The notes beneath the pieces are model-generated. The model made no database searches and was not told the origin of the DNA. It worked only from the letters and a program-made list of their open reading frames with translations. A DNA stretch of 64,000 nucleotides from positions 8,030,483 to 8,094,482 of the forward strand of contig SMSO01000032.1 of assembly GCA_004764695.1 (NCBI GenBank), read 5' to 3'. Shown one piece after another: positions 1 through 12,300 of this stretch (position 1 is the first letter of the stretch; the number at the start of each line of letters is the position of its first letter). The position numbers and the translations under genes were made by a program. This DNA is from Schizochytrium sp. TIO01. Lineage: Eukaryota > Protista > Bigyra: Labyrinthulomycetes.

Positions 1-1700
1 TAAATTCAGACTTCTTGTCTTTGAGCTTAAATCGCCATATTGTGAATGTAAGTAACTTGCAGAAATATTTACCCGTAAAACTTCGCACAAGATGTATAGA
101 CATTTCTAAAATAAACTTAAATTCAATAGGAGTGCCGCTTTGGCCCTGTGCAGACACTTGGAAGTCCAACAGTTCCGATCTAAATCAAAGGCCGTCGACT
201 TACTTGTGTGGTCAAATGTGATAGACAATCAATCTGTGCATCAGCATTAGGCAGGTGGCATGGGAATATCAGGAATAGCGTGAAGAATTATGAGCATGTG
301 TGCGAGGTTTCAACTATTTAAATATGCCTCCCCCGCCCCTTCTTTGTTTCATGTTTTTATATTTTGCATCATCTAGGGTGCCACTGGGGCGTTAGTCTCT
401 CTGGTACTGCTGGGTGGTAAAATTCGATCAGCCGGAGGCTGCTGAAAGGCTCTTGTCGTCTTGAAGCAGATTAATGAAATGTTTGCATTGAACTCTGTCA
501 GATTGAGCAGTTTAGCTACACTTGGGGAAGTGAGTTGAAAGGCAAGATAATTCATTTTACATTGAATCAATGAAGTTAGGCATAGTCCATTCTATACAAA
601 TTTGAAGCCTTTGAGGTGGTTCATATCTTTCATTTACTAATTTCCTCGTATAGCTCGACTTTTATACATTAATTCGTCCTTCTGGGGTAGCTAATATTAG
701 TATGCGAAAGAATCTGGATACATTCTGCCAATATAATTCTTTGGTTGATAATAGTAGAAAGCAATCTAATTATTACGAAAACGTGATTAGAGACTTTGAG
801 TTGTTATCATCATTGTCGTTGATACGTACCTGCTGATTCTTCTTGAGAATGATTCGCTTATATATGGATTTAAAACTTAGTAACAGATGTATAGAGATTA
901 TGTATATATATAGATCGACAATAAATAGGTAAACTCTTGCGCTAATGGGTGATATTAGCTTGTGTTTATGGGTCAAATTAGGTGTCTCTTATAATAAACA
1001 CTCCAAAAAGTAAGGAATAACGTTCTGAGCAAGTCATAGAATAGCAAAAATGGGAGCCTATTCGTTGTAAAGAGCGTGGTTTCACTAGGAAGTCATCAAG
1101 GGGATTCAGACCAGAATAGAAGTGCGCTTCAATCACCGACTTGTAAATTCTAGAGAAAGATTGCTCATAGATGATGTGGTATAATCCAGAAATTTAATAG
1201 ACTTGCTCTTGGTCAAGATGCAATTACATTAAAGTAGAATGCAAGCTTTGAAAACTTGCATAGTCGTAAGCCAGAAACAGTAATTCCTGTTTTAGACTCC
1301 GTCCTTTATTGTTAAACGGCAGATACAGCATAAGTTTTAAATCAGACCACGATTGAGTTCTTCGGTTATCATTCCAAAATATTTATTTAGCCATGGAATA
1401 TTATTGAGAATAAATTGCAAAATGTAGATAGTATATCTTTTAATTAAGCTTCAGTTCAGCCGCTTGCAAAACATAAAAGTCCTGCTTGAGCGCGTTGAGC
1501 ATGGTAAAGCATAGTTTTAAGGTGTATGCATGAGGGAAATTTTATGAGCGTTTGAACGCATATTGTTTGCCAGTCTTATCATGGCAAGAAGCTCAGTATA
1601 CAAGTTGCGTCCTAAGAAAGTTCTTGACGTCTTCTGAAAAGTTGTACAGAGAGCAAAAAGAATCTAAATCTCCTTTTAAAAAGAATATTCAACGTAAGAT
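1..1700 (-). mobile_element. Probable decayed retrotransposon relic (gag-like frame with premature stops), running off the left window edge
   Basis: The minus frame from 1679 to 1081, read through its stops, gives ...LNALKQDFYVLQAAELKLN*KIYYLHFAI...QSWSDLKLMLYLPF...SLKQELLFLAY..SFQSLHSTLM*L...VIEAHFYSGLNP. This resembles the retrotransposon gag pattern W..LK..L...F / L..L / F..GL.P. There are 7 stops in about 200 codons (6 TAA, 1 TGA). No RT or integrase motif was seen. Confidence 0.35.
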
Positions 1701-3202
1701 GGTGCTGCAGAGCTTAAAAGTTCTTCGTTTTGAAGATAGATAGATAATCAAATGATTTAAAGAATCTTATTGTCAGAATAGGCTGCCAATTAATTTGCGA
1801 TTTGTTATGGCCCAAGAAGTCATGCGCTTAGTGTTTCAAGTATGTGATACATTTATCTTTGTATATACGCAGTGGGTTGTAGGAAATAGAGAAATACTCG
1901 TTGGCATGTTGTGGCAATATATGACATTCGAGTCGTGCGATTTTTCTTCTGAGAAGACATTAATCAAATCGAAATGCTGCTATTGATTCTATAGCTCGTG
2001 TATTCTGGCACCACGTAAAACTTTAAAGGAAAATAACTGTTGGACAAGAGAAGAAACTAAAATGATAAAGCAAAAGGGTTGCCTGCCTGGGGGCAGAACA
2101 TTTAAAAATGAGTATGTCGTTTCCCATGCAGTATATGTCTCGGTCTTACAAAGTATAACCATTTCTGTGTAAGAGGCCCTTGAGTTCATTCTGTGAGAGC
2201 CCGGGAAGGTAAAATTTTCTGTACACTAAAAGCGAACGCTAAGGGTTTGGATAATGATCCTGTATCAGCAGGGTAGGCCTCAGCTGTTGTGCTGTCGGAA
2301 CCTCATCTAAGACAAAATGTCTTAGAAACGCTGTTTGCGATCGGGGTTTTCGATTGACCATCGCGGTAAGTTCATAATTCCGAGGCCCCACCTCAAATAA
2401 ACCATTATTGCTTAAACTCTTAAACTCCGGGGCCGCATCACAGACTTCAACGTGGTCAGAGACCGTCCTGAAAGATTCGAAAGTTGCCATGTGCCCCTCT
2501 TGGTTCTTTGCAGATGCTTGGTCCCACTCTTTTCAGTTTGCTTGAACACTTAAACACAGTACTTTCGCCGCCGATAGTCATGCAACACTGTACGTCAGAG
2601 GCCCTGCCACGATAAGCGGTTTACAGTTCTCCAGAATGCAGGCCAAATTCCCTGACTTTCACAAAAGCTTTGCCATAACCCCGGGCCAATATGTGGGCTC
2701 CGTGTTTAGAATCGGGGCCCACGATAGATTAACCAGAGACGCATATCATCACCAAACAATTTCGCTCTCCTTGTAGGGAGGGGTTTCCATTCCTCCGGGC
2801 AGGTGTTTCAGTTTCTAGTCTTGGGTTCTGACCGCAATGCTTCTTTCGCCTTCCTCCGTAAAAAGCAGAGCATTGCTGCTCCGAGAAGCGCAAAAAACCA
2901 AGAAAGCCCAGAACTCCGAGTCGAAGCTTCCGGGCCTCAATTGACAGTCGTTTACTGGTCAGTCATTGGCCATCTCCATTGCCAGCCTCGCTAGCTGCAG
3001 CTACTACAGCTACAGTCTTTCAACACTCCCATGGGTCGCAGCTGACATGAAAGTAGCCGGAGCAACTTATACATATATCTCCTGCGCATTCTCAGGAGGC
3101 TCGCTCGCTCTTTCTTCAAGGTGTCCTGCGCGCATGAGGTTCGTGCCGTTTCCACGGGCCTTTGCGATGGGCTTTCGCAAAGGCTGGCACGCGAGCCAAA
3201 AG

Positions 3203-3440
3203 GTACAAGAAGAAGAGGGTGAAGAAAACATGTATCCAGGCGAAATTGTCGACGAAGAATTGGATGAAGCAGAAATATAGAAATACACGAAGGAGAATCA
3301 TATGAAGAACAAACGGTTAAGAAGTAATCTTTGAAGAAGAAATTGTTCAAGAAGAAATTGTTGAAGAAGAAACGGTCAAGAAGAAATTGTCGAAGAAGAA
3401 TTCTATGCATGAAGAAGAACTCTATGAAGAAGAGGAGGTC
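3203..3440 (+). pseudogene. Frameshifted relic of a Glu-rich pentapeptide (EEEIV-like) repeat; degenerate 15-bp minisatellite
   Basis: Units such as gaagaagaaattgtt, caagaagaaattgtt, gaagaagaaacggtc and gaagaagaactctat read GEIV/EEEIV/QEEIV/EEETV/EEELY, but in shifting frames and with stops (e.g. TAG at 3278-3280). Confidence 0.4.
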
Positions 3441-3587
3441 GCGCCTCGAGCTAGAGAGTCCAAGCCAAGCCACGATGCGGCACGCCGCGCCTGCTTCCTT
3501 TCAACTTTAAAAGGCGTAGACCAAGACCAGAGCCGCCATGCATCCATCCACTCACTCATTCATCCCGCATTCATTCGTTCCTGCTTT

Positions 3588-3692
3588 ATTCATTCATTCA
3601 TTCATTCATTCATTCATTCATTCATTCATTCATTCATTCATTCATTCATTCATTCATTCATTCATTCATTCATTCATTCATTCATTCATTCA
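3588..3692. repeat. (ATTC)n microsatellite, about 26 units
   Basis: Perfect tetranucleotide run seen directly; it produces the spurious FIHS ORFs. Confidence 0.97.
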
Positions 3693-6600
3693 GTCCTGCA
3701 TTCCTTCCTGTAGCCTAGATTTCCAAGGCCTTCGCTTCCACGCAGTCAGTCAGTCAGTCAGATGGCGCTTTCCTCCCTGGTGGCTGCCGCGCTGAGTCCC
3801 GGCGGACGCTTCCTTGTTAGCCTTCTGCTTCTCTCTACCGTCGTCTCGGCTACTACTGTCGCTTGCGTGCGTGTCACAATCTCGCTTGCGAGCTGGCGTC
3901 CATGCGGAGGCGGAGCGGGGCTGTCGAGGCGGGCGGGCAGGCAGGCAGGCAGGCAGGCACGCTCGCATTCATTCTTCATTCGGCTTTCGTCTGGCCTCGC
4001 GAGGCCTCGAAGAGGCGGGAAACGGGGAACGGGAAACGAGATGAGATGAAGTGCTACAGTAGAAAAATAAAATAAAATAAAATAGAATAAATAGAATAAA
4101 ACAAAATAAAACTAGAATTAAAAGAAAGAAAGAAAGAAAGAAAGAAGTCCCTTACTATATCAATTAGTCACTTAAACAACATCACATATACATATATATT
4201 ATACGTGTATGTATATATGTATTTTTTAATATTTTTTTTTAAAATTAAATGTTTTTAAATCGAAGGGGCGGTAATGACATGGAAAAAAGCCCAAAAATCT
4301 CGAGATTCGACTGACCTCGCAAGCTCAGGACCGCTGCCATTCACAAATCTAGACGCCTCCCTCCCTCCCACGGGTTTCTGCCAGGCAGCCAGGGAGGGCC
4401 GCGCTCGCTCTCTCTCCCTCCCTCCCTCGCTCCCTCCTTCCCAGCTACGCGGCGCAAGGCCCGCCGTGTTGGAGGAGGCGTGTTTCTCGAGAACGAGGCC
4501 GGCGCCCGAGACGATGCGAGCGAGACCATCCTTTCTTGTCTCTTTCTTTTCTTCTTTCTTTCTTTCTTTCTCTCTCTCTCTCTTTCCCTCTAAAGTAAGA
4601 TGCTGATTGCCCTATAAATAAGATAAAATAATGAAAGTGAAAATAATAAAATTAAAATAGGATGTGAACATGGGTAATATGAACCTGTTTGTCTCTCTCT
4701 ATTTTCTTTCATCAGCAAAATGAATGAACAGAAGGGTATTGAGAAAGACTAACGCGAGAAAAGAGCGACGTCGATTATGATCTCCACCAAACTCGAGCTA
4801 CAGTAGTTAGCGCTCGTCGTCACAAGCGTACCTCGGACAGCCCGTTCGCCTCCGCTCCGAGGGCCTTGTTGACCCGGGAGAGGCTTCCGAGGCTTCCGCA
4901 GCCGCTCGCACCGCGCTTCCGCCGGAGTGATATCGCTCCTTCGAACTGGTACGAAGTCGAATTCAATGTATGCATATGCATACATACATCTATAGCAAAC
5001 AAACAAACAAAACAAAAATACAAAACAAAACTAAAATAAAACGCAATATAGTGAGAACCGCTACTACAAGAAATAAATCAATGCAACACGACGCAATGGC
5101 CAAAGGCACCAAAGCCGCAGCTTTCGATGACCAGGCGGTGGCGCCTACTGGTGCATACGTACTACGATGCCGGGCTCAGCCATGAGTCTCGAGAAGCTGC
5201 CGAGTTGTTTATTTGTTTGATTGTTTGTTTATTCGTTTGATTCTCCATTTCTCTGTCGTCGTCGCTGCCACTTCTTTAAAAAAAAAAAGGAGGCGAAAGA
5301 ACAGGAGAGCCCCAAAAGAGGGTCACACTCTATCGCTGCCATTTCTTTAATTAAAAATAAAATAAAATAAAATAAAACAGGAGTGCCCTAAAGAGGGTTC
5401 TCGTGGTAGGTTAGATCAAAGTAAAATAAAACAAAACAAAACAAAATAAAATAAAACGAAATAAAATAATCAGCGTCGATACAATCAAACATACATGTAC
5501 CCTCGCTCCATCTTTGTGGGATTCCGAGACAGCTCCGGCGCCTCTTCGACCGCCGCTCTCTCTCGCTTCGGGTCGGCGGACGCGTCGGAGCCCTGCCTGG
5601 TTCGGCACCGCGAGGGGCTGCCCGCCTCGAGGTTGAGAAGAGGCGAAGCGCTCGCATTCTGCTCCCCGAAGATGTTCCGGGTCTACTTCTGCTTCTTCTT
5701 TCTCCCGTTATGATGGTGGTTCTATCGACCTCTTTGAGTTTCTTCTTCTAAAAGTAAAGGTATAAATATAAAAAATCAATATATACGTTAATATGAGGTA
5801 TTTATTTGAATATACTTTTTAATTAAAATAAGTGGGTTATTAGTATCACCATCGTCGTCACTATTGAAAGAAGTGGTTGGTTTTTGGTTGTTTAGAATCA
5901 ACAAATCATGATTCCTTCTATTATTCTTATTCCAAGAATAAAAATATAAAATACGCGTTTATAAGTTTTTGTTGCTGTTGTAAGAATAACATCGTAAAGT
6001 TTAAAAGCAATTACTTATATAAAATAAAATCTCTTCTCCTTCTTTTTTGCTTTTGCTTTTGCTTTGTTTTGTTTTGTTTTGTTTTGTTTGAAAATGATCA
6101 GCCTTGAAAAAAAAAAAAATGAAGTGAGAGCATTTGATTTTTAATACTAATAAAAATTAATGAATTGATTGGATTAGCTACTTTTATAGAATTGATTTGT
6201 TTCTATTTTCGCTTTTATCGGATCAGGTTTTTTTCTTTTTAGAAAATAAGTTGTAAAACAACTCATATATATATGAGCCTTATAAAACAAGGCTACAATA
6301 TAATGGCTGATTGTTCCACATTTGATTTATTAAACCCGCATATTAAAACACTCTGCATAAATAGAATAAAAACAACTTACATTTTTTTTTAATTTGAAAA
6401 GATTAAAATCGTTACTAGTTAATTTTGTAGATTTCTTCTTTCAGGTTGTTGAAAACAAGAAGTTTCCAAAAACCAGAACGCAACCAGGGAACTGCCCCCA
6501 TTGGCAAAAATAAAGATCTACCTACCTAAATCGAGAGTAAAATAACTGGAGATGCATGTATTAGTTCCAATATTTCTCGAGAGGGAAGCCACGGCCATCA

Positions 6601-9254
6601 TAATTGTACAACTCAGCCACAAATAGAAGATGGCCACAGTCTTGCGGTAGTTCTTAGTATATCACATATACCGACCTAACTAAGTTTGGTTTATTTATAG
6701 ACGCTTTCCGTTTAAAGAAACCACTCGTTGGGAAGACCACCATTGTTCGACCAGCAGCTCGCCCGTCCTATTATAGAAAAGCGTTCGCATTAGCAATTTA
6801 GAGTACCATTTTGCTGCTTTTTCTTTCAAGTGCTCACTGCGTGAATTTCATCATGAAAGAGCACATATCGCGCAATTTCAAGTTTCACACGTGCCATACC
6901 GCTGCTCTTCGTTTGTGTCTCAGAGATCCTCCTTCTTTGGTGAGTCGAATCCTTCGCTGCTTTCGCTCGATCGCACATCACTCTTGGCCACTTTCGAACC
7001 TCCAAGCACAGGAGGATCGAACGCCATAGACGGCAGTCAGTCAGTCAGTCATCTCGAGAGAGAGTTGATGAAAACCATCTCATCTTCAGTCTCGCCAAGC
7101 AAATTGAATTGATCAGTGAACTTAAAAAAAAATCGATTTAAAGATCAATTGATAACAGAAAAAGAAAGATCAAGCCCGGCTGGCTGGCCGCGATCGCGCA
7201 GCGAGGATCGTGTTCTCGCAGGTAGTGGCGCGAATGCTGTATTTCGGTCAGCTTGGGATCGATTGAGCTAACTTCTCAGGCCCCCTGTTTCCTCGCAATT
7301 GCGGAGTGATTGAAAAAGGAAAGCCAAAAAACGTGCCGCTTGTTTTAACAAACTAAAAAAAAAATTCAAAAAATTCGGCGGCGCTTGCAGAGAAAAGGAA
7401 TGATGGAACACCATATGATTATCTCTTGCCAAAACACCGATGCGGCGAGCCATTGTCGCAGCTTGAAGGAGATCAAGCAAGCAAACAAGGGAGCATCGAC
7501 GTTCGATCATGGATTCCAGCTAGGTTCCGGGCAATCGTCAGGAACGCTGGGACAAGAATACATCGCACTAAGGTACCATTGTTTAAGCAAGATTTTCCAC
7601 CCCCGCAACGGAGGGAAGATAAATGACGATCGCGATTGCTTGCATTGATTGACATTCCAAAATCACACAAACAATAAAGAAACAAACAAGCAACCAAAGG
7701 AACTGATCAACGGTCAGCCCTCTGCTTCCGCGGAAGCAGCAGCTCGGTTGCTGTCGAGCAGCCAGACAGAGCGCCGCAGCGAATCCGCGGAGGGCTCAGA
7801 AGTTCACGACTAAGAAAATCATCAACTCATCTACAGATTGAAAAAGTTCTTCGTTGGCTTACTCGTCTATCGATAAATAATCAATAGGCTTCTTTCTCTT
7901 TCTCCTCGTCTCTAATCATTCTTACCCAAAGCCATAGTATCGCGTCGAAGAGACAGACTGAAAGAGTCTCTTTGGGGTAGACAGACCCCGCATTCCCACT
8001 TCGTGCACGTGCCATCACTGAGCAGCCGCCGTGGATCGACTCCCCCGTCGCTCTTTTCGTAGCGAGAACGGGTGCTATTTGTGGGTATAGCACTCTTAGC
8101 CATTGGCGTTCCGTAGTCTGTTCTTTGGGTGCATCTTCCTCGCAGTATAACTGACCAGCTGACGAACTGGGTGATAGCGAGGTAGTCTCAACTCATTTCG
8201 AGCTAGCTCGATGATTTCGCAAAGGATGGACCTCCTCGAGGCCACCGTGCAAAGGGAGGGAGGGAGGGATGTGCCTGCAGCAGGTGAGGCGAAGCAAGCC
8301 AGCTCAGCTCCCGTGCGGGAGCTCTTCGCCAGCATCCTCTTTCCTCGAGTCTCTTCTCTCTGCGCACGTACCTCCTTTTCAAACTTGAAGTAAGTAAACA
8401 AACCTACGATGGCTGTCAATCAGTTAACATACCATAGACATGCTTTGGGTACTTTGCCATCTTTCCAAAGCAGCAGTTTCAATCAAACTTATGATGGTAT
8501 GTATGTGTAAATGACACATACATACATATATACATATGTATATGTAGATATATGCATAAAGTACACACCCAGTACAGAGAGACTTTGATTTGATTTCTCA
8601 GATCCGCCGCCTTTCGAAGAAAAAGAGGCGCAAGCCCAGTTTTGGCGTCCCGCTCGAGCTGGCGCTGCGGAGGATGCGCGGGGCCTCCGGCGGCGCGGGC
8701 TCCTGGGCCCCGTGGACGCCTCGCCGTCTGGACGGAGGCGAGTCCGCGTGTGCGTGGGAGCTTTTCCTTCCGCAGCGGCAGCGGCTCGAAAGTCACGACG
8801 CTGCGGATGGATATCTATCTATCTGTCTGTCTATCTGTCTATCGCTGTATTTCTCAGGCGAAGCGGCACCACCGCTGGCTGCTGAGCGGGCTGCTGAGCG
8901 GGCTTGAGCGAGTCCACGGCCTCCTCCGCGGCCTGCGCCGTCTCCGCATTCACGCATTCATTCCTCTTTGGGCCGCATGGACTGGCGGCATTGGCGAATG
9001 AATTTCGAGGTCGCCGAGTAACTAATTGTCCAAACCCACCGGGCGGCAAATCTTCTTGCTGGAGCTTGAGCTTGGGCTTGGGCTTGTATCGCAGCGAGCT
9101 CTCTTCTTCGCAGCTTGGCCGTCGCGCAGCCCACGGAGACAGACTTCTGCGTGTCGCTCGTGCTCCTGCCCGCGCGCAGAAGGAGCGACAGAAGGCTTTG
9201 GAGACCTTCGAATTTTGAATGAATTCGAATTCAATCGATGAATTTGAATTCAAT

Positions 9255-9346
9255 GAATGAGTTCAAAATCGATGAATGAGTTCAAAATCGATGAATGAAT
9301 CCAAAATCGATGAATTCGAAGTCGGTCAATGAATTCAAAATCGAAT
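9255..9346. repeat. 19-bp tandem minisatellite (gaatgagttcaaaatcgat), 2 perfect copies plus degenerate ones
   Basis: 9255-9273 and 9274-9292 are identical, 9293-9311 differs at 2 positions, and later copies decay. It lies in a GAATTC/TTCGAA-rich tract. Confidence 0.85.
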
Positions 9347-12300
9347 GTTCTCGTACCAGAACAGTTCCTATTTACCTATAGCCAACCCCTACTATCCCTC
9401 CCCAGAAAGTGAACGGAACTAAGCGTTGCAAGATAGGAAGTTTGCGGGGGTACTCTGGGTGTCCAAGGTTAGACAACGGCAAGGTTATACCGCAAAGGAG
9501 CGTGTGCATTTCGAGCTACTATGCGACACAAGGCCACGCATGCACCCCTTCCCGCGTGTTGATCGAGTACATGCGACGACAGACCGGTCAGCTGAACGAG
9601 ATATAGGACTTGCATAGCAAACCATTAGGGATCCTGGGGCGAGGCGCAGCGATCTATCCGATCCAAGACTGCGACCTGTACAAGGGTCGCTCACTCTCGT
9701 TGCTGTGGGAGGAGGGCTCTCTCCGGAAAGGATAAAGTGCTATGGTAAATAATAGGTAGCCTTGTAGCTATGAAAGGAGATCTCTCTGCTTCTTGTAAGA
9801 AGGACCTGTTTCTGTTGGGTGCCTCTTTGGAGGAACTCATAGGAGTGTGGAGACAACCTCGAGGAAGTGAAACATTGTGGAAGTTCTTCAATATCGTCAG
9901 CGGCAGCGGGATCCATAGGTAACTGGTAAGGGGGCTTAGAGGTTATCAATAATTAATAACAATAAATCAGGGTTTAAATATTGCCTGTTTAAAGGGAAAA
10001 TGAAATAAGAGAATGAAGGCTTGTTCTGATGCTTTTAAAAACAGTTATTTTGGTACTGTATATTGTTTATTGGTACTGTATATTGTTTATTTGAGAGAAC
10101 TTTAACTTGAAAAGGGATGAAGTGAAAGACGTTTTAGAAGAAGAAGAAGAAGAAGGAGGAGAATGATTGTGGGGAGATGGATATCTATGGTTGCTGGTGT
10201 ATCTGTCTCTGTCGATCTTTTTCTGGCGTTCCTTGGATTGAACCTAATCTGGAGTCCAATTGGCTCTCGAGATAAGAGGATGGTTACCAAGGGCTGCCTT
10301 CCCTGCCACCTGCGTGGTAAAGTCGAAGGATGCACGGAAGGCGCGGAGGTGTTTAGGAGGTAAAAATCGCTCGAGCAGAGGAAAAGAAGAAAAAAAATCA
10401 ACATGAGAATGAATACAAAGCGACCAAGTCTCTCTTTTTTGATGGAGCAAAGTTTCTCTCTCCAATAAAACAAACAATTAGTTTTTTGTTTTGGTTTTTT
10501 TAAACTTAAAAATTGTAAATGATCCTGCCACGGTTTTGCGCGTCTTTGCGGATGGAAACATTCTCATGAAAAAGCAGCGAGTGCAAGAAAGCAGTGGCAA
10601 AGTGTCGATGAGAGGAACTTCACTTTACGCGATGCACTACTTATTGTGGTCAAAGGAAGCTTTTCTATAGTACTTTGTATAAGAAAAAAGTAAGAAAGGT
10701 TAAAAATAAAAATAAAATAATATTAATAACTATTTACATAAATAGAAGCGGTGTAAACCATTTGAATGTGAGGATTTATGATTTTTATTTTCTTTTGATT
10801 GTTTTTTAAAAATAAAAATAAATGTTCAAACTAAAATAAGTAATCCAACAAAAAGTTTTCTAAATATCATCTCGAGAGTTGAAGAAGAGGACGTGCGAAA
10901 AGAGAAGAACCTTGAACAGGCATTGCTGTTTCAAAAACAAAATAACTGCAAGACCCTTAAATCGAAGAAACTTGTACCAGGGAGCTCGCTGTCAGGCAAC
11001 GTGGCTGGTCGAACAACTTGAATCAGTTTTCGGAGTATTCCAAACACTATGGAGTGATTGATCCTGCAGTAACGATGTGTCAGCGAGTTGTCCACCTGCT
11101 GCGCATCATGGGATCCAGAATTTACAGAATATGCAGGAGAATCCGCAATCCCGCTTACGAGGTTGATGTTGCATATGCTTACTAAAGATGAAAAATGCAA
11201 AGTACCTGCGAAAGTCCAGATTTACTTAATCCAGACCCAGCTAAGCTTACCAGAAGCATAGCAAGGTGAAGGTTTTATAATCCTCGGATTTGGGAACATG
11301 ACGAAATCAGGAGTATATCCAACGTCTAAAATTTTACTGTTTAATGATCGTATTCTCACAGGGGAGATTTGTGCTTGAACTTGTGGAGCCTTTGCCTTCG
11401 TAGCTAGCTAGCTCTACATTCATTTGCTTTGACGCACAAATGAATGCTGAATGTGCCATAGCAGATCTCCCTTCTTCAGCATGGCCAAGCCGAACAGCTC
11501 CGCGCAGGTACTGCTGCTCCCGCTATCGACACAATTGCTTGCAGGTAACGACTGGTAATCATTGGTGATGGCGACCCTCTGGCGCAACGAAGCCCATGGC
11601 TCAGTCAGGCAGATTCTGCTCCTCGGTTGCGCGAACAAGTATTCAATCGTGATGTATGCGCAACTTGAATTACAAGTTGTAATATCCTTAGATCTTCCTG
11701 GCGTTTTCTCGAGTGAGCCATTTCCCGACCAAAAGCTATGAGCTCTTCTTCTTCTTCTGCCTCAGGGTCAGAGTGCGAGTTTTCATACCGACAACGAGCC
11801 CATGCCGTTGGCCTGGTCGCTGATCATCATCCCCAGCGCTGTTCAAGCATTCTTGATATCGTCACCAGTTCCATTCCAGTCATTCGAGCCACCCGAAGAA
11901 AGAAAGCAATTTTCCAAGAACGAGTTATAAGAGAGCTTCCTCTTGCTCTTCTATCATGTTTTAACATAAAAGCAAGATGGCGGCCCATTTACTTTTTACT
12001 TTTACTTTTTATTCTTTGTTCTTTTCATTCTTTATTCTTTTTATTCTTTTTATTCTTTCTTCAAGTTGTTATTCTTTCTTTGTTCAAATAAGTCAGTATT
12101 GGATTTGTTTTCTATCAGAGTAAAAAAAATACATTCAATACAATATGAAGCTCCGCTGTCTGATCAACGCAGCTGTGCTAACCAATGGTGCCAAGCCTGG
12201 GGCAAAACTCGCGTGCTTCGACAACTGTTCAATCAATGTCATTTGCATCATACAATTAGTTGCATGCTCTTGAAGAAAGCAGGCAGAGAGTAAAATTAAT

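Noticed and set aside
2670-2790. PWWP-like motif (YKESEIVW...YWPGV)
   Set aside because: The spacing is too long for a PWWP domain and it is interrupted by stops; kept only as part of the weak relic frame.
9255-9346. CRISPR-like array (also considered for 52157-52232)
   Set aside because: The units are directly adjacent with no unique spacers, there are no cas genes, and the context is eukaryotic.
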